DNA of 64,000 nt, from positions 268,075 to 332,074 of the forward strand of contig CAVQBA010000005.1 in NCBI GenBank assembly GCA_963710605.1. Reading direction: 5' to 3'. The notes below the pieces were generated by a model. It saw only the letters and a list, made by a program, of their open reading frames with translations. It did not search any database and was not told where the DNA came from. Source of the stretch: an uncultured cyanobacterium. GTDB lineage: Bacteria; Cyanobacteriota; Cyanobacteriia; Cyanobacteriales; Cyanobacteriaceae. Below are positions 10,259 to 22,780 of the stretch, one piece after another. The position numbers and the translations under genes were made by a program. Each line of letters opens with the position of its first letter. The stretch's first letter is position 1.

Positions 10259-11722
10259 TTAGTTATCAATAATTAATAATGTTTGTAAAGTATCGTCACT
10301 TGCACCAGTGATGATACCGCCTAAGCTAACTATTTGTTGGAGATAATTAATTGCTTCGATCGTAATCAATTCTCCCGCCATAATAATAGGAATACCAGGT
10401 GGATAAGGGCAAATAGTTTCCCCACTAATTTGATTGATAGCGTTAAGTTGGCTAACCATTTTTTTCGCTGCCCCAAATGCTTGACGAGGTGTTAACCTTA
10501 ATTGAGTGGAATTAGCTTTAAACGGTATTTTGGGAGAAATAAATGGTAATTTAGATTCAGTAGCAAAACTCTCTAGTTTGTCAAAAGCATTAACTAACAT
10601 AGTTATATCTTGCTCAGTATTACCAAGAGAAATAATAAAAGTAAGATTTTGTAATGAAGGTAACTCACAAGTGACGTTTAATTTTTCATTGAAAATTTCA
10701 TCCGCTTCGTAACCACTAATACCCAAACTACTAACATTAACAGTTAATCTAGTTAAATCAAAATCAGCAAAACTAGGTGAAGAGTTAGAAAAATTCAATA
10801 CTTTTAAATAATCCCAAGCTGATAATTCTTTTCTGGCAATAGAAGCCAAATTTAAAGTTCTTTCTAATAAAACTTTACCCTCAATCGCCATTTGTTGTCT
10901 AGCACCATCTAATGAAGCTAAAAGTAGATAGTTAGGACTAGAAGATTGTACCATAGCCAAAGCCAAACTAATCCGATTAGACTCAACCAAATTACCTTGT
11001 AAATGAAGCATCGAAGCTTGAGTCATCGCCCCTAAAACTTTGTGAGTAGATTGTATCACTACATCTGCACCATTTTCTAAACCACATACAGGTAACTGAG
11101 GATGAAATTTTAAATGAGCGCCGTGGGCTTCATCAACTATCACAGGAAGATGATACTCATGAACAACTTTAACAATTTCTTTTAAATTAGCACAGATGCC
11201 GTGATAGGTAGGAGAAACGAGTAAAACAGCCTTAACATCACTGTGAGTTTTTAAAGCATGACTAATTTGCTGGGCGGATATAGTTTCACAGATATCAAAC
11301 TCATGGTTATATTTTGGCTCAATAAAAATTGGTATTGCACCTGATAAAACTAAGCCAAAAATTGCTGATTGATGTATATTACGAGGCAAAATTATTTTGT
11401 CACCTTCCCCACAAGTAGCCAAAATAGAGCTTATGACTCCACTAGTGCTACCATTAGCTAAAAACCACGTTTTTTCTGCTCCAAAAGCTTCTGAGGCTAA
11501 CTCTTGGGCTTCTTTGATAACTCCTTCAGGTGCAAAGAGGTTGTCTAATTCGGGTAATTCAGGTAAATCAGCCCGAAAAACTTTCTCACCCATCAATTGT
11601 ATCAGTGCTTGATTTATACCTTTACCTTTTTTATGTCCTGGTACGTAAAAAGGTGCTTCTTGTCGTTTGGCTAGTTGTTCTAATTTACTAATTAAAGGGG
11701 TTTTTTTCTGTCTATTATTCAT
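10259..11722 (-). CDS. PLP-dependent Orn/Lys/Arg decarboxylase
   Basis: VPGHKKG, NGST, DEAHGAH, QSTHK (PLP lysine), CPYPPGIP. Confidence 0.92.
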   Translation of the reverse strand: MNNRQKKTPLISKLEQLAKRQEAPFYVPGHKKGKGINQALIQLMGEKVFRADLPELPELDNLFAPEGVIKEAQELASEAFGAEKTWFLANGSTSGVISSILATCGEGDKIILPRNIHQSAIFGLVLSGAIPIFIEPKYNHEFDICETISAQQISHALKTHSDVKAVLLVSPTYHGICANLKEIVKVVHEYHLPVIVDEAHGAHLKFHPQLPVCGLENGADVVIQSTHKVLGAMTQASMLHLQGNLVESNRISLALAMVQSSSPNYLLLASLDGARQQMAIEGKVLLERTLNLASIARKELSAWDYLKVLNFSNSSPSFADFDLTRLTVNVSSLGISGYEADEIFNEKLNVTCELPSLQNLTFIISLGNTEQDITMLVNAFDKLESFATESKLPFISPKIPFKANSTQLRLTPRQAFGAAKKMVSQLNAINQISGETICPYPPGIPIIMAGELITIEAINYLQQIVSLGGIITGASDDTLQTLLIIDN

Positions 11723-11836
11723 GTAAGAATAGTGGATAGTTAACAATTACTATTAGGCTCGTAAATTAATTTAGCCCCGAAATAGATTCGGGGTAGTTTA
11801 TCTATTTACCGATAAGTATTGTCAATGCTTTTTTTA

Positions 11837-12079
11837 TTAGCATCTATGCTTATTCAAATCAATACCAGCTTCTTTTGCCATTACATTTAAACTTTTTTTG
11901 TCTAAAGTTTTAATCGCTTTGGTAGAAAGACGTAGTTTGACAAAACAATTGTTTTCAGCCCACCAGATTTTTTTGTCTTGTAAATTAGCGTGTTGTAACC
12001 TTTTTGTCCGTCTATGAGAGTGAGAAACTGCATAAGCATTATTCGCTCTTTTTCCTGTTAATTCGCAAACACGAGCCAT
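11837..12079 (-). CDS. rpmB: 50S ribosomal protein L28
   Basis: [34 protein letters not shown]. Confidence 0.98.
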   Translation of the reverse strand: MARVCELTGKRANNAYAVSHSHRRTKRLQHANLQDKKIWWAENNCFVKLRLSTKAIKTLDKKSLNVMAKEAGIDLNKHRC

Positions 12080-12333
12080 AATAATAATCTCCTAAATATA
12101 TTAATTCGTCTAGATAATTTAATTAGTAATCTTTTATTCTACTAAAATATTGTCTTTATCTGCAAGTAAAAGAGTTTATCGCTTTTAGTATCCGTATCTA
12201 AAATTAGTTATTACTGATTATTCAATAAACATTGTCATAAAATTCCTTAGTCTATTTTAATAGTTGAGATAACAACAAGGATTAAGAATCAAAAAAGGTT
12301 TAGGGCAGTTTGATAATAAAAGTTTTAGACATT

Positions 12334-12357
12334 AAAAAAGCCCCGATGAAGGGGCTT
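12334..12357 (-). terminator. Intrinsic terminator of psbD
   Basis: AAGCCCC-ttcatc-GGGGCTT followed by a T-run on the minus strand. Confidence 0.8.
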
Positions 12358-12382
12358 AAACTTAATTCAGATTCACACTGTT

Positions 12383-13441
12383 TTACAGAGCGTTACCACG
12401 TGGTAATACTTCTTCAGGGAATTCAAATTTTTGGTGGGGTTGATCTTGTGGTGCCATCCATGCACGTAAACCTTCGTTTAAAAGAATGTTTTTGGTGTAG
12501 AATGTTTCAAATTCTGGATCTTCTGCCGCTCTTAACTCTTGAGATACGAAGTCATATGCTCTTAGGTTAAATGCTAAACCGACGATACCGATCGCACTCA
12601 TCCATAAACCTGTTACAGGTACAAATAACATGAAGAAGTGTAACCAACGTTTGTTTGAGAAAGCAATACCGAAAATCTGTGACCAAAAACGGTTAGCAGT
12701 TACCATTGAATAGGTTTCTTCTGCTTGTGTTGGTTCAAACGCACGGAATGTATTCGCTTGCTCACCATCTTGGAATAAGGTGTTTTCTACGGTTGCACCG
12801 TGAATTGCACATAATAATGCACCACCTAATACTCCTGCTACTCCCATCATGTGGAAAGGATTTAGTGTCCAGTTATGGAAACCTTGTAAGAAAAGGATGA
12901 AACGGAAGATTCCTGCTACTCCAAATGAAGGAGCGAAAAACCAACTTGATTGTCCTAAAGGATACATCAAGAAAACACTGACAAATACAGCGATAGGAGC
13001 TGAGAAAGCGATCGCATTATAAGGACGAATCCCTACTAAACGAGAAATCTCAAATTGACGCAACATGAAGCCGATTAAGGCAAAAGCACCATGTAGTGCG
13101 ACAAATGTCCATAAACCACCGATTTGAAACCAGCGAGTTAAATCGCCTTGTGCTTCTGGTCCCCATAGAAATAATAAGGAGTGACCGAATACGTTAGCAG
13201 GGCTTGATACTGCTACGGTTAAAAAGTTAGCACCTTCTAGGTAAGAACTAGCTAAACCGTGAGTGTACCATGAGGTTACAAAGGTAGTACCTGTTAACCA
13301 ACCACCTAATGCTAAATAAGCACAAGGGAATAATAAAATACCAGACCAACCAACAAAGACAAACCTGTCTCTTTTTAGCCAATCGTCAAGAGCATCAAAC
13401 AAGCCTCTTTCCGACGGCGCGCGTCCGACTGCAATAGTCAT
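12383..13441 (-). CDS. psbD: Photosystem II D2 protein (stand-alone copy)
   Basis: MTIAVGR...[16 protein letters not shown]...[10 protein letters not shown], 352 aa. Confidence 0.99.
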   Translation of the reverse strand: MTIAVGRAPSERGLFDALDDWLKRDRFVFVGWSGILLFPCAYLALGGWLTGTTFVTSWYTHGLASSYLEGANFLTVAVSSPANVFGHSLLFLWGPEAQGDLTRWFQIGGLWTFVALHGAFALIGFMLRQFEISRLVGIRPYNAIAFSAPIAVFVSVFLMYPLGQSSWFFAPSFGVAGIFRFILFLQGFHNWTLNPFHMMGVAGVLGGALLCAIHGATVENTLFQDGEQANTFRAFEPTQAEETYSMVTANRFWSQIFGIAFSNKRWLHFFMLFVPVTGLWMSAIGIVGLAFNLRAYDFVSQELRAAEDPEFETFYTKNILLNEGLRAWMAPQDQPHQKFEFPEEVLPRGNAL

Positions 13442-13673
13442 AAAACAAACTCCGATATAATTTCTATTGTTTTAACGTTATGTTTTTTTCTCTAATTATA
13501 AAATTGCTTAACAGCTCTTTCTGAGAAAAATTTACTTTTCTTAACGTTGGGTATAATCTTATTCTACGAGAAAATGTGCTTTTTTGCAAAGGGAATTGTT
13601 AAAAAAACCTTAAAAATACTAAAATTAGAACAGTACAGACTTAATGTAAACCAAATAAGCATTTATAACTATC

Positions 13674-13952
13674 ATGTTCACAATTAATCTTTTAGTCAAA
13701 TATATTCCTTTACCTATTTCGGTAGAAAAAAAAGAAGAGGCTGATGCACAAGCTTTGTACAACAGTATTTTAGATGCAATCAAAAGCTCAGAGATACAAA
13801 TTTTAGAATTAACTTGTGATAAGCAAACTGAGAAAAAAATTGCGATCGCTAGTGATCAAGTAACTGGAGTTATTATGTCTCAAAAAGATGGTGCAAATAT
13901 TGGTGGTAAAGTACCCGGATTTTTTGCCGCTCTCAGTAGCGAAAACAGTTAA
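13674..13952 (+). CDS. Conserved cyanobacterial hypothetical protein
   Basis: PLPISVEKK...LELTCDK...PGF; clean ORF upstream of an ABC ATPase. Confidence 0.75.
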   Translation: MFTINLLVKYIPLPISVEKKEEADAQALYNSILDAIKSSEIQILELTCDKQTEKKIAIASDQVTGVIMSQKDGANIGGKVPGFFAALSSENS

Positions 13953-14069
13953 TCATTGTCGAAAATACTCTGACAATTAAAAGATAAGAGACAATAGTTA
14001 GTAATTAGTAGTTGATAGATGACGATCGTTTCAATTATTAATTATTAACTATAAATTTTTAATTGTGTA

Positions 14070-14726
14070 ATGACTAACTCCAAATTTGCTATTGATATCG
14101 ATCGATTAAACTTCAGTTGGAATCCTCATTCTTTAGTCTTAGATTCTTGTACCCTCAAAGTACCGAAAGGAGAATTCTGGATGTTATTAGGAAATAACGG
14201 TTGCGGAAAATCTACCTTATTAAGATTACTAGCAGGTTTATTAATTCCTAGTAGTGGTGAAGTCAAATCGCAAAATCCTCTCGGCTTTGTTTTTCAAAAC
14301 CCAGATCATCAATTAGTGATGCCTACTGTTGCCGCTGATGTCGCTTTTGGTTTAGTTAAAGATAATTTGACGATCGAGCAAGTAAAACATAGAGTAGAAT
14401 CTGCCTTAGATGCTGTGAATCTACTCGAATTTAAAAATCGTCCTATTTATGCTTTAAGTGGCGGACAAAAACAACGAGTTGCGATCGCAGGAGAAATAGC
14501 TCGTCGATGTCAGGTGTTGTTATTAGACGAACCCACCGCATTATTAGATCCAGATACGCAAACAGAACTAGTCGCATTGGTACAAAAACTAGTCAAAGAG
14601 ACTCAGATTACTGCTTTGTGGGTTACCCATCGTTTAGAAGAGTTACACTATGCTGATGGGTATTTTTTATTAGAAGAAGGTAAGGTTGTTCGTCAAGGTA
14701 AACCAGAAGAAATAATTAATAATTAA
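14070..14726 (+). CDS. ABC/ECF-type ATP-binding protein (CbiO-like)
   Basis: GNNGCGKST, FQNPDHQ, LSGGQKQR, LLLDEPT. Confidence 0.92.
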   Translation: MTNSKFAIDIDRLNFSWNPHSLVLDSCTLKVPKGEFWMLLGNNGCGKSTLLRLLAGLLIPSSGEVKSQNPLGFVFQNPDHQLVMPTVAADVAFGLVKDNLTIEQVKHRVESALDAVNLLEFKNRPIYALSGGQKQRVAIAGEIARRCQVLLLDEPTALLDPDTQTELVALVQKLVKETQITALWVTHRLEELHYADGYFLLEEGKVVRQGKPEEIINN

Positions 14727-14978
14727 TAGTTATTTTAGCTATTATTCTCACAAATTGAAGACAAGATTGTTAGAGAATTAATTATTTACTGTTATCTATT
14801 ATCTATCCATTGCTCATTCTTCACTATAGACATTATCAATTGTTATTGTTGCGGGAATTAAATCGCTGAAATTTGAACTAGATCAAAAATTATTAAATGA
14901 TTTAGTTAAATTTTTGTTAAGATTGACCATTATGACATCATATTTTCCGTAACTTTAATTAAATATATATGCAAAGCA

Positions 14979-15533
14979 ATGAACTCTACTACAACATATC
15001 AAGCCATTTTACTTGTGGATGGTTACAACATTCTAGGCACATCATCTTATTTCAAGAAAATAAAGAAGAAGAATGGTTTAGAGGCAGCTCGTGATTCTTT
15101 AATCGAGTGTATGATTAATTACGCTGGGTATAAAGCGATCGAAAGTAAAATTGTTTTTGACGCTCATTTCCAACGAACACCCAGCAAAGAAGAGAAATAC
15201 GGCGATCGTATATCGGTACATTACACAGCCTACGATCAAACCGCCGATACCTTTATCGAAAAATTTTGTGCCTGTTTTTATTACCAACGAGAAGATCGAA
15301 AAAAGAGATTGGTTGTCGCTACATCAGACCAAGCTCAACGACATACGGTAGTTGGTTATGGGGCAGAATGGATTTCCGCTCAAGGATTAGTGAGTGAAAT
15401 TGATACGACTAACTCTACACAAAGACGTAGATTAAACACTCGCACTAAATCTAGAGGACGTTTTTTAATGAACTCTTTAGATAGCAAAACGCAACAGGCT
15501 TTAGCCCAAATGAGGTTGGGAGGGAATTTATAG
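14979..15533 (+). CDS. NYN domain ribonuclease, YacP/Rae1 family
   Basis: LLVDGYN, VFDA, TADTFIE, VATSD. Confidence 0.9.
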   Translation: MNSTTTYQAILLVDGYNILGTSSYFKKIKKKNGLEAARDSLIECMINYAGYKAIESKIVFDAHFQRTPSKEEKYGDRISVHYTAYDQTADTFIEKFCACFYYQREDRKKRLVVATSDQAQRHTVVGYGAEWISAQGLVSEIDTTNSTQRRRLNTRTKSRGRFLMNSLDSKTQQALAQMRLGGNL

Positions 15534-15609
15534 CTTGTTATCTAAAAATTTGATAATTTTTGCCCTTGAATTATTACAAAATTATTGTTATAATTGGTAA
15601 CTGTTATCT

Positions 15610-15691
15610 GCGGACGTGGCGGAATTGGTAGACGCGCTAGATTTAGGTTCTAGTATCGTAAGATGTGAGAGTTCAAGTCTCTCCGTCCGTA
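15610..15691 (+). tRNA. trnL: tRNA-Leu(TAG)
   Basis: GCGGACG acceptor stem, GGAATTGGTAGAC D-arm, CTAGA-TTTAGGT-TCTAG anticodon arm, long variable arm, GTTCAAGT T-loop; CCA not encoded. Confidence 0.96.
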
Positions 15692-15701
15692 TTAATCGAA
15701 T

Positions 15702-15733
15702 AATTGACAATTGACAATTGACAGTTGACAATT
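15702..15733 (+). repeat. Heptamer tandem repeat (AATTGAC)n, STRR-like
   Basis: About 4 copies. Similar heptamer arrays occur near 6161, 9522, 45975, 47097 and 58122. Confidence 0.8.
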
Positions 15734-15834
15734 ACTTTTTTACTTAATCTACCATGAATTTAAATTGAGTAAAAGTTTTTGATGTTGATTTCTCTTGAAA
15801 AAATAGATTCTAAATCGAATTTATCTTTTAAAAT

Positions 15835-18252
15835 ATGGCACTGAAAAAATCTGAACTTTACACCTCCTTATGGTCTAGTTGCGATGAATTACGGGGAGGG
15901 ATGGATGCTAGTCAGTATAAGGATTATGTGCTAGTTTTGTTATTTATCAAGTATGTGAGCGATAAATATGCAGGACAACAGTTTCCTTCGGTGAGTGTGC
16001 CATCGGGCGCTTCTTTTCAGGATATGGTAGCACTTAAAGGTAAAAAAGATATAGGCGATCGTATTAACAAAGAAATTATCGCCCCTTTAGCCTCCGAGAA
16101 TGAGTTAGCAGATATGCCAGACTTTAACGATACAGCTAAGTTAGGTAGCGGAAAAGAAATGGTAGATAGACTTACTAATCTAATTGCTATCTTTGAAAAT
16201 CCTGCCCTTGACTTTTCTAAAAATCGAGCCGAAGGTGACGATATTTTAGGGGATGCCTATGAATACCTGATGCGTCATTTTGCGACAGAAAGCGGTAAGA
16301 GTAAAGGACAATTTTACACCCCCGCCGAAGTGAGTCGAGTTATTGCTCAGATATTAGGTATCAAACAAGCCCAGACTTCTGCTTCTACTACAGTATATGA
16401 TCCCACCTGTGGTTCTGGTTCGTTATTGTTAAAAGTAGCCGACGAAGCCACTACCAATGTTAGTTTGTACGGGCAAGAAAAAGATGCGACAACATCAGGG
16501 TTAGCCAAAATGAATATGATTTTGCATCAAAACCCTACCGCCGTTGTTAAGCAGGGTAATACTCTCGCTAATCCTTTATTTACTAACAATGAGGAATTGA
16601 AAGATTTTGATTATGTAGTAGCTAATCCACCTTTTAGTGATAAACGTTGGGCGACGGGATTTGAACCTGAGAAAGATAATTTTACTCGATTTGAGGGTTT
16701 TGGTATCCCACCAACTAAACAAGGAGATTACGCCTATTTACTGCATATTTTACGATCGTTGAAAAATACAGGTAAAGGGGCTTGTATTTTACCTCATGGG
16801 GTTTTGTTTCGGGGTAATGCTGAGGCAACAATTCGTTGTAATTTGATTAAACGAGGTTATATTGAAGGTATCATCGGTTTACCTGCTAACTTATTTTATG
16901 GTACTGGTATTCCTGCTTGTATCGTGATTTTGGACAAACAACAAGCCCATAACCGTCAGGGTATTTTTATCATTGATGCTAGTGGTGGCTTTATTAAAGA
17001 TGGTAATAAAAATCGTTTGCGGGAGCGAGATATTCATCGCATTGTTGATGTGTTTAAAAAAAGATTAGCAATGCCAAAATATGCTCGTTTTGTTAGTTAT
17101 GAGGAGATAGAAGCTAATGAGTTTAATTTGAATATTCCTCGTTATATTGATGGTCAACAAGAAGAAGATAAACAAGACATATGAGCTCATTTACAAGGCG
17201 GTATTCCAGACAGAGATTTACAATCTTTAGCTAAATATTGGGCTATTTGCCCTAATCTGAAATCTGCTCTTTTTCAACCAAAGCGTTTTTCTTATTCTCA
17301 GTTGTCGGTAGAAATTGCTCAGTTAAAAGATGTTATTTATTCTCATCCCGAATTTAGCGGTTTTATCGCTTCGATGGCGGAAGTATTCGAGCTATGGCAA
17401 GGGGAATGGTTAACTCGTTTGCAAGATTTGGAGATGGGTTTTTTACCGAAAAATTTAGTTGGGGAAATGGGCGAAAGTTTATTGATTCATTATCAGGATA
17501 AACCTTTATTGGATGCTTATAGTATTTATCAGCATTTACTCGATTATTGGCAAGAGGTGATGCAGGATGATTGTTATTTTATTACTCAAGAAGGTTGGAA
17601 AGCCGAAACAAGAAGAGTTTTAGAGACCAACAAAAAAGGGAAAGCAATCGATAAAGGTTGGGTTTGTGATTTAATTCCTAAACAGTTGTTAGTGGCTAAA
17701 TATTTTGTCGCTAAACAAGAGGAAATTAATCAGTCAGAAGCAGACTTAGAAAATATCGTCAGTCAACGCACGGAGTTAGAGGAAGAAAATTCGGGAGATG
17801 AAGGAGTTTTGGCGGAGTTGGATAAAATTAATAAGGCTAATGTTACTAATGCGATTAAAGAATTGAAAGCTGATAAACTCGAATTTGACATTAATCATCA
17901 AGAAAATGAAGAGTTGAAAGTATTAAGCGGTTGGCTGGAGTTATACCAAGAAGAAGCTAAACTCAAAAAAGATATTAAGGCTAAAGTTGAGGTTTTGGAT
18001 AAATTGGTTTATGAATATTATCCTCTGTTATCCGAAACTGAGATTAAGACTTTGGTGATAGAAGATAAATGGATGAATAAGTTAAAAGAAGCGATGAGGG
18101 GGGAAATGGATTTGATTTCTCAATCTTTAACTCAACGGGTTAAGGTTTTAGCTCAAAGATATACTCTTCCTTTACCTCAGCTAACGCAAAAGGTTAATAT
18201 TTTGGAGTCTAGGGTAACGGCACATTTAGCCAAAATGGGTTTTTCTTTGTAA
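15835..18252 (+). pseudogene. hsdM: Type I R-M methyltransferase subunit, in-frame TGA at 17182-17184
   Basis: GQFYTP, DPTCGSG, NPPF. The frame continues QDI*AHLQGGIP into ORF 17302-18252 (806 codons in total). Confidence 0.9.
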
Positions 18253-18362
18253 AGTGAGTAATTCAATGTCCCTCAATTTTCCTTTATGATCAAGGGTGCA
18301 AACCTTGCACCCCTACAAAGAAATATACTAATTTAAATTAAACTTGCTACAATGACTTTCGA

Positions 18363-18397
18363 CAAGTCCCCCTTGAGAAGGGGGATTTAGGGGGATC
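18363..18397. repeat. Dispersed palindromic repeat GTCCCCCTT-n-AAGGGGGATTTAGGGGGAT
   Basis: Further copies near 22802-22833 (inverted), near 43292-43324, and inside the MITE-like elements. Confidence 0.8.
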
Positions 18398-18427
18398 GTC
18401 TTATTTTATTTAGTGGAGAGGGAAAGA

Positions 18428-19606
18428 ATGGAAAACGAGCAAATTAAGGAAGGTTATAAGTTGACGGAAGTTGGGGTTATTCCTGATGATTGGGAAGTAA
18501 AAAAAATAGGTGATGTTTGCGGTTTTATTGTACCGGGAAGAAATAAACCCAAAATTTTTAATGGTAATATTCCTTGGATTACAACTCCTGATATAAAAGA
18601 TGGAAAAATTGTTAACTCTTCAAAATCTTTACTCCAAATATCTTTAGATGAAGCTTATTCAATTGGCTCTAAAATTATTCCAAAAGGTTCTGTACTTATG
18701 TCATGTGCTGGAGAACTAGGAATAACAGCGATTACAGGTTGTGAAATTGTTATTAATCAACAACTTCATGCTTTTATACCTTCAAAGTTAATCAATAAAT
18801 TTTTTTTAGCATATATGATTAAAAATCAGCAAAAATATATTGACACTGTTGCCACCAAAACAGCAGTACCTTATTTGAATAAAGATAGTTGAAATTCTAT
18901 TCCAATACCATTACCCCCAATCGATGAACAAGAGAAAATAGCAGAAGTATTGACAGATATAGACGAATTAATTGAAGGGTTAGAAAAACTTATTAATAAA
19001 AAACGCCTCATCAAACAGGGTGCAATGCAAGAACTTTTTGGACAATGGAGAAGAGAGAATACTTCGGCATCGCTCAGTATAAATGGAGAATGGAGAATTG
19101 AAAGATTAGGAGATATTCTAAAAATCGGACATGGAAAAAGTCAGCACGATGTTGTTGATAATTTTGGAAAATATCCAATTCTTGGTTCGGGTGGTCAAAT
19201 TGGTAAATCTAATAGTTTTCTCTATGACAAACCATCTGTATTGATTGGTAGAAAAGGAACTATTGATAAACCCCAATATATTGATAAACCTTTTTGGACA
19301 ATTGATACGCTTTTTTATTCAAAAATAAATGAAAATTATGAACCAAAGTATATCTTTTATCGATTTTGTTTAATTGATTGGAAACAATATAATGAAGCAT
19401 CAGGAGTGCCTAGTTTGAGTGCTAGAACAATTGAAAATATTGAAATACCATTACCACCAACAAAAGAAGAACAAAAAGCGATCGCATCTATCTTAACCGA
19501 TATGGACAACGAGATAGAGATGTTAGAGAAAAAATTAGAGAAAACCAAACAGATAAAACAGGGGATGATGGCAGAATTACTAACAGGAAAGATTAGATTA
19601 ATTTAG
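18428..19606 (+). pseudogene. hsdS: Type I R-M specificity subunit, in-frame TGA at 18890-18892
   Basis: Two TRDs and two conserved helices (PLPPIDEQEKIAEVL, PLPPTKEEQKAIASIL); frame reads YLNKDS*NSIPIPLPP. Confidence 0.9.
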
Positions 19607-19649
19607 AATTGGGGCAACCTAATAAAAATCGATCTTTTTCATTGACTTT

Positions 19650-22600
19650 ATGAATACTGTTAAACCAGAGCGAAATACCCAAAACCGAGTTATCAAGTTA
19701 TTTACCGAAGAATTAGGTTATCAATATTTGGGTAACTGGCAATATCGAGCTAATAACAGTAACATCGAAGTTGAATATCTAACTAAATATCTGAGAAATG
19801 CTAATTATAGCCACGATCAAATTAGCCGAAGTATTGATATTTTAACTAAGACAGCTAATAAAATCGATCGAACTCTCTACCAAAACAACAAAGCTATCTA
19901 TCAACTTTTGCGTTATGGTATTCAAATCAAAACCGAGATTGCTAAAAATACCGAAACCATTCACCTAATTAACTGGGAAACACCAGCCAAAAATCATTGG
20001 GGTATTGCCGAAGAAGTTACTTTAAAAGGAAAAAAACAAAGAAGACCAGATTTAGTATTATATTTAAACGGTATCGCCATCGGTGTTATCGAACTCAAAA
20101 AAAGTACTGTCAGCATCTCTGAAGGTATTCGTCAAAATATCTCTAACCAGAAAAAAGAATACAATCAATGGTTTTTTAGTACTGTCCAAATTTTAATAGC
20201 TGGTAATACCTCAGTCGGTTTAAAATATGGTACTATCTCCTCTTCAGAAAAATATTACCTTTCATGGAAAGAAGACATCGAAGATAACAGTCGCAACAAA
20301 CTAGATAAATATCTACTCAAACTATGCAACAACGATCGTTTACTAGAACTAATTCATGACTTTGTTTTATATGACGGCGGCATTAAAAAATTACCCAGAT
20401 TCCATCAATATTTTGCAATTCAATCAGCCCAACAAAAAATAGAAGAAAAGCAAGGGGGCATAATTTGGCATACCCAAGGCAGTGGTAAAAGTATCGTCAT
20501 GGTGTTATTAGCTAAATGGATATTAGAAAACAAACACCAAGGTAGAATTGTCATCGTAACCGATCGAGATGAATTAGACAAACAAATAGAAAGTATATTC
20601 AAAGATACAGGTGAAGACATCCATCGCAGTGATAGCGGTAAAGACTTAATTAACCAACTATCCCAAGCTACACCCCGCTTATTATGTTCTTTGGTACACA
20701 AATTTGGCAAAAAAAATATTAATGATTTCGATCGATTTATTCAAGACTTAGAAGCACAACCTAGCCCCGCCGTCGGTGAGATTTATGTTTTTGTCGATGA
20801 ATGCCACCGTACCCAAAGCGGAAGATTACACCGCATGATGAAAGCGATTTTGCCAAATGCCATTTTCATCGGTTTTACTGGTACGCCGTTGTTAAAAAAA
20901 GATAAACAAACTAGTAAGGAAGTTTTTGGGGGCTATATCCATACTTATAAATTTAGTGAAGCAGTAGAAGACGAAATAGTACTTGATTTGGTTTATGAAG
21001 CTAGAGACATCGAACAAAATTTAAGCTCACCTGAAAGGGTAGATAAATGGTTTGAGGCGAAAACAAAAGGATTGAATGACTGGCAAAAAGCCCAGTTAAA
21101 GAAAAAATGGGGTACGATGCAAAACGTACTCAGCTCGAAATCTCGGATGAATCAGGTTGTTAATGATATTGTCTTTGATTTTAATGTTAAACCTCGGCTT
21201 AATGATGGCAGAGGTACGGCTATTTTGGTTACTTCTAGTATTTACGAGGCTTGTAAATATTATCAGCTTTTTCAACAGACGGAGTTAAAAGATAAATATG
21301 CGGTGGTTACTTCTTATAATCCTCAAAGTACTAATCTTAGCAACGAAGACACTGGGGCAAATTCGGAAACTGATAAACAATTAATTTATCATACTTATCA
21401 ACAAATTCTCAAAAATATTACTTCTCACTCTGGTAAAACCAAAACAGAAACTTACGAAGATATAGTTAAAAAGAAGTTTCAAAACGAACCTGCAAATATG
21501 AAACTACTAATTGTAGTTGATAAATTACTAACAGGTTTTGATGCTCCTAGTTGTACTTATATCTATCTTGATAAGTCTATGCAAGATCATGGTTTATTTC
21601 AAGCTATTTGTCGTACTAATCGTCTTGATGGTGAAGATAAAATTTTTGGTTATATTATCGACTATAAAGATTTGTTTAAAAAGGTAGAAAAGGCAATTTC
21701 AGTTTATACTTCTGAGTTAGATGATGGAGATAATGATATTGATCCTCAAATTATACTTCACGATCGTTTTAGTAAAGGTAAAGAGTCTTTAGATAATGCT
21801 TTAGAGGCGATTTTTCTTCTTTGCGAAGCTGTCAAACCTCCTCAAAGTGAAGTTGAGTATATCCATTATTTTTGTGGCAATACAGAAATACCAGCGGATT
21901 TACAAGAGCGTGAATATCGTCGGCTTAATCTTTATAGTAAAATAGCTTCTTTGATTCGTGCTTATACTAATATTATTGATGGATTAGATCAAGCAGGTTA
22001 TAGTCAAGCAAAAATAACAGAGATTAAAGCCACTGTGAAAAACTATAGTGATATAAGGGATGTAATTCGTCATGCCAGTGGAGAAACTTTAGATTTAAAA
22101 GCTTACGAGGCGGATATGCGTCATTTAATCGATACTTATATTGAGGCTGAAACTCCTCGTAAAATATCGGCTTTTGATAATCTCTCTCTGGTTGATTTGA
22201 TTGTTAAATCGGGTTTGAATGAAGCGGTTAATCAACTTCCTGAAGGAATTAAAAAAAATAAAAAAAGCGTCGCCGAAACGATCGAGAATAATATCCGTCG
22301 TATTATTGTCCAACAACAACTTAACGATCCTGCTTATTACGATAAGATGTCTAATTTGCTTAATGAATTGATTGCAACCAGAACACAAAATGCGATCGAA
22401 TATGCAGACCTATTAAAACATTATGCACAACTAGCACAAAAAGTCAAGCAAGGGAAAGATGACAATACACCTTCAGAATTAGATACTCTGGCTAAATTAG
22501 CTATTTATAACAATCTACAACCATTACAAACTTCTAAGCCTTCCAAGGCAAAAAATAGAGTAAAAGAGCCTTCAGTAACCTATCAGGTAGGTAAGAAACA

Positions 22601-22780
22601 AGATTCACAAATAACCCTAGCCTTAAAAATCGATCGGGCAGTAAAACGGGTAAAACCAGCAGATTGGCGTGGAGAAAAATGAAGGAAAATATTATTAAGG
22701 GAGAATTATTTAAAATATTAGGGGATATAAACGAGGTAGAAAAAATATTTTTGATTATTAAACAGCAAGAGGAGTATTAG
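19650..22780 (+). CDS. hsdR: Type I R-M restriction subunit; frameshift at ~22676 detaches the last ~33 residues
   Basis: RPDLVLYLNGIAIGVIELK nuclease motif, HTQGSGKS, DECHR. One extra A in GAAAAATG would continue MKENIIKGELFKILGDINEVEKIFLIIKQQEEY* to 22780. Confidence 0.9.

Noticed and set aside
13525-13550. HLR1/RpaB site upstream of psbD
   Set aside because: Only a weak match to the direct-repeat consensus; cannot be supported by eye.
17182-18892. TGA reassignment or selenocysteine suggested by in-frame TGAs in hsdM and hsdS
   Set aside because: TGA ends other genes at their natural C-termini (23738, 58773), Trp is encoded by TGG throughout, and I saw no SECIS-like hairpin after either codon.
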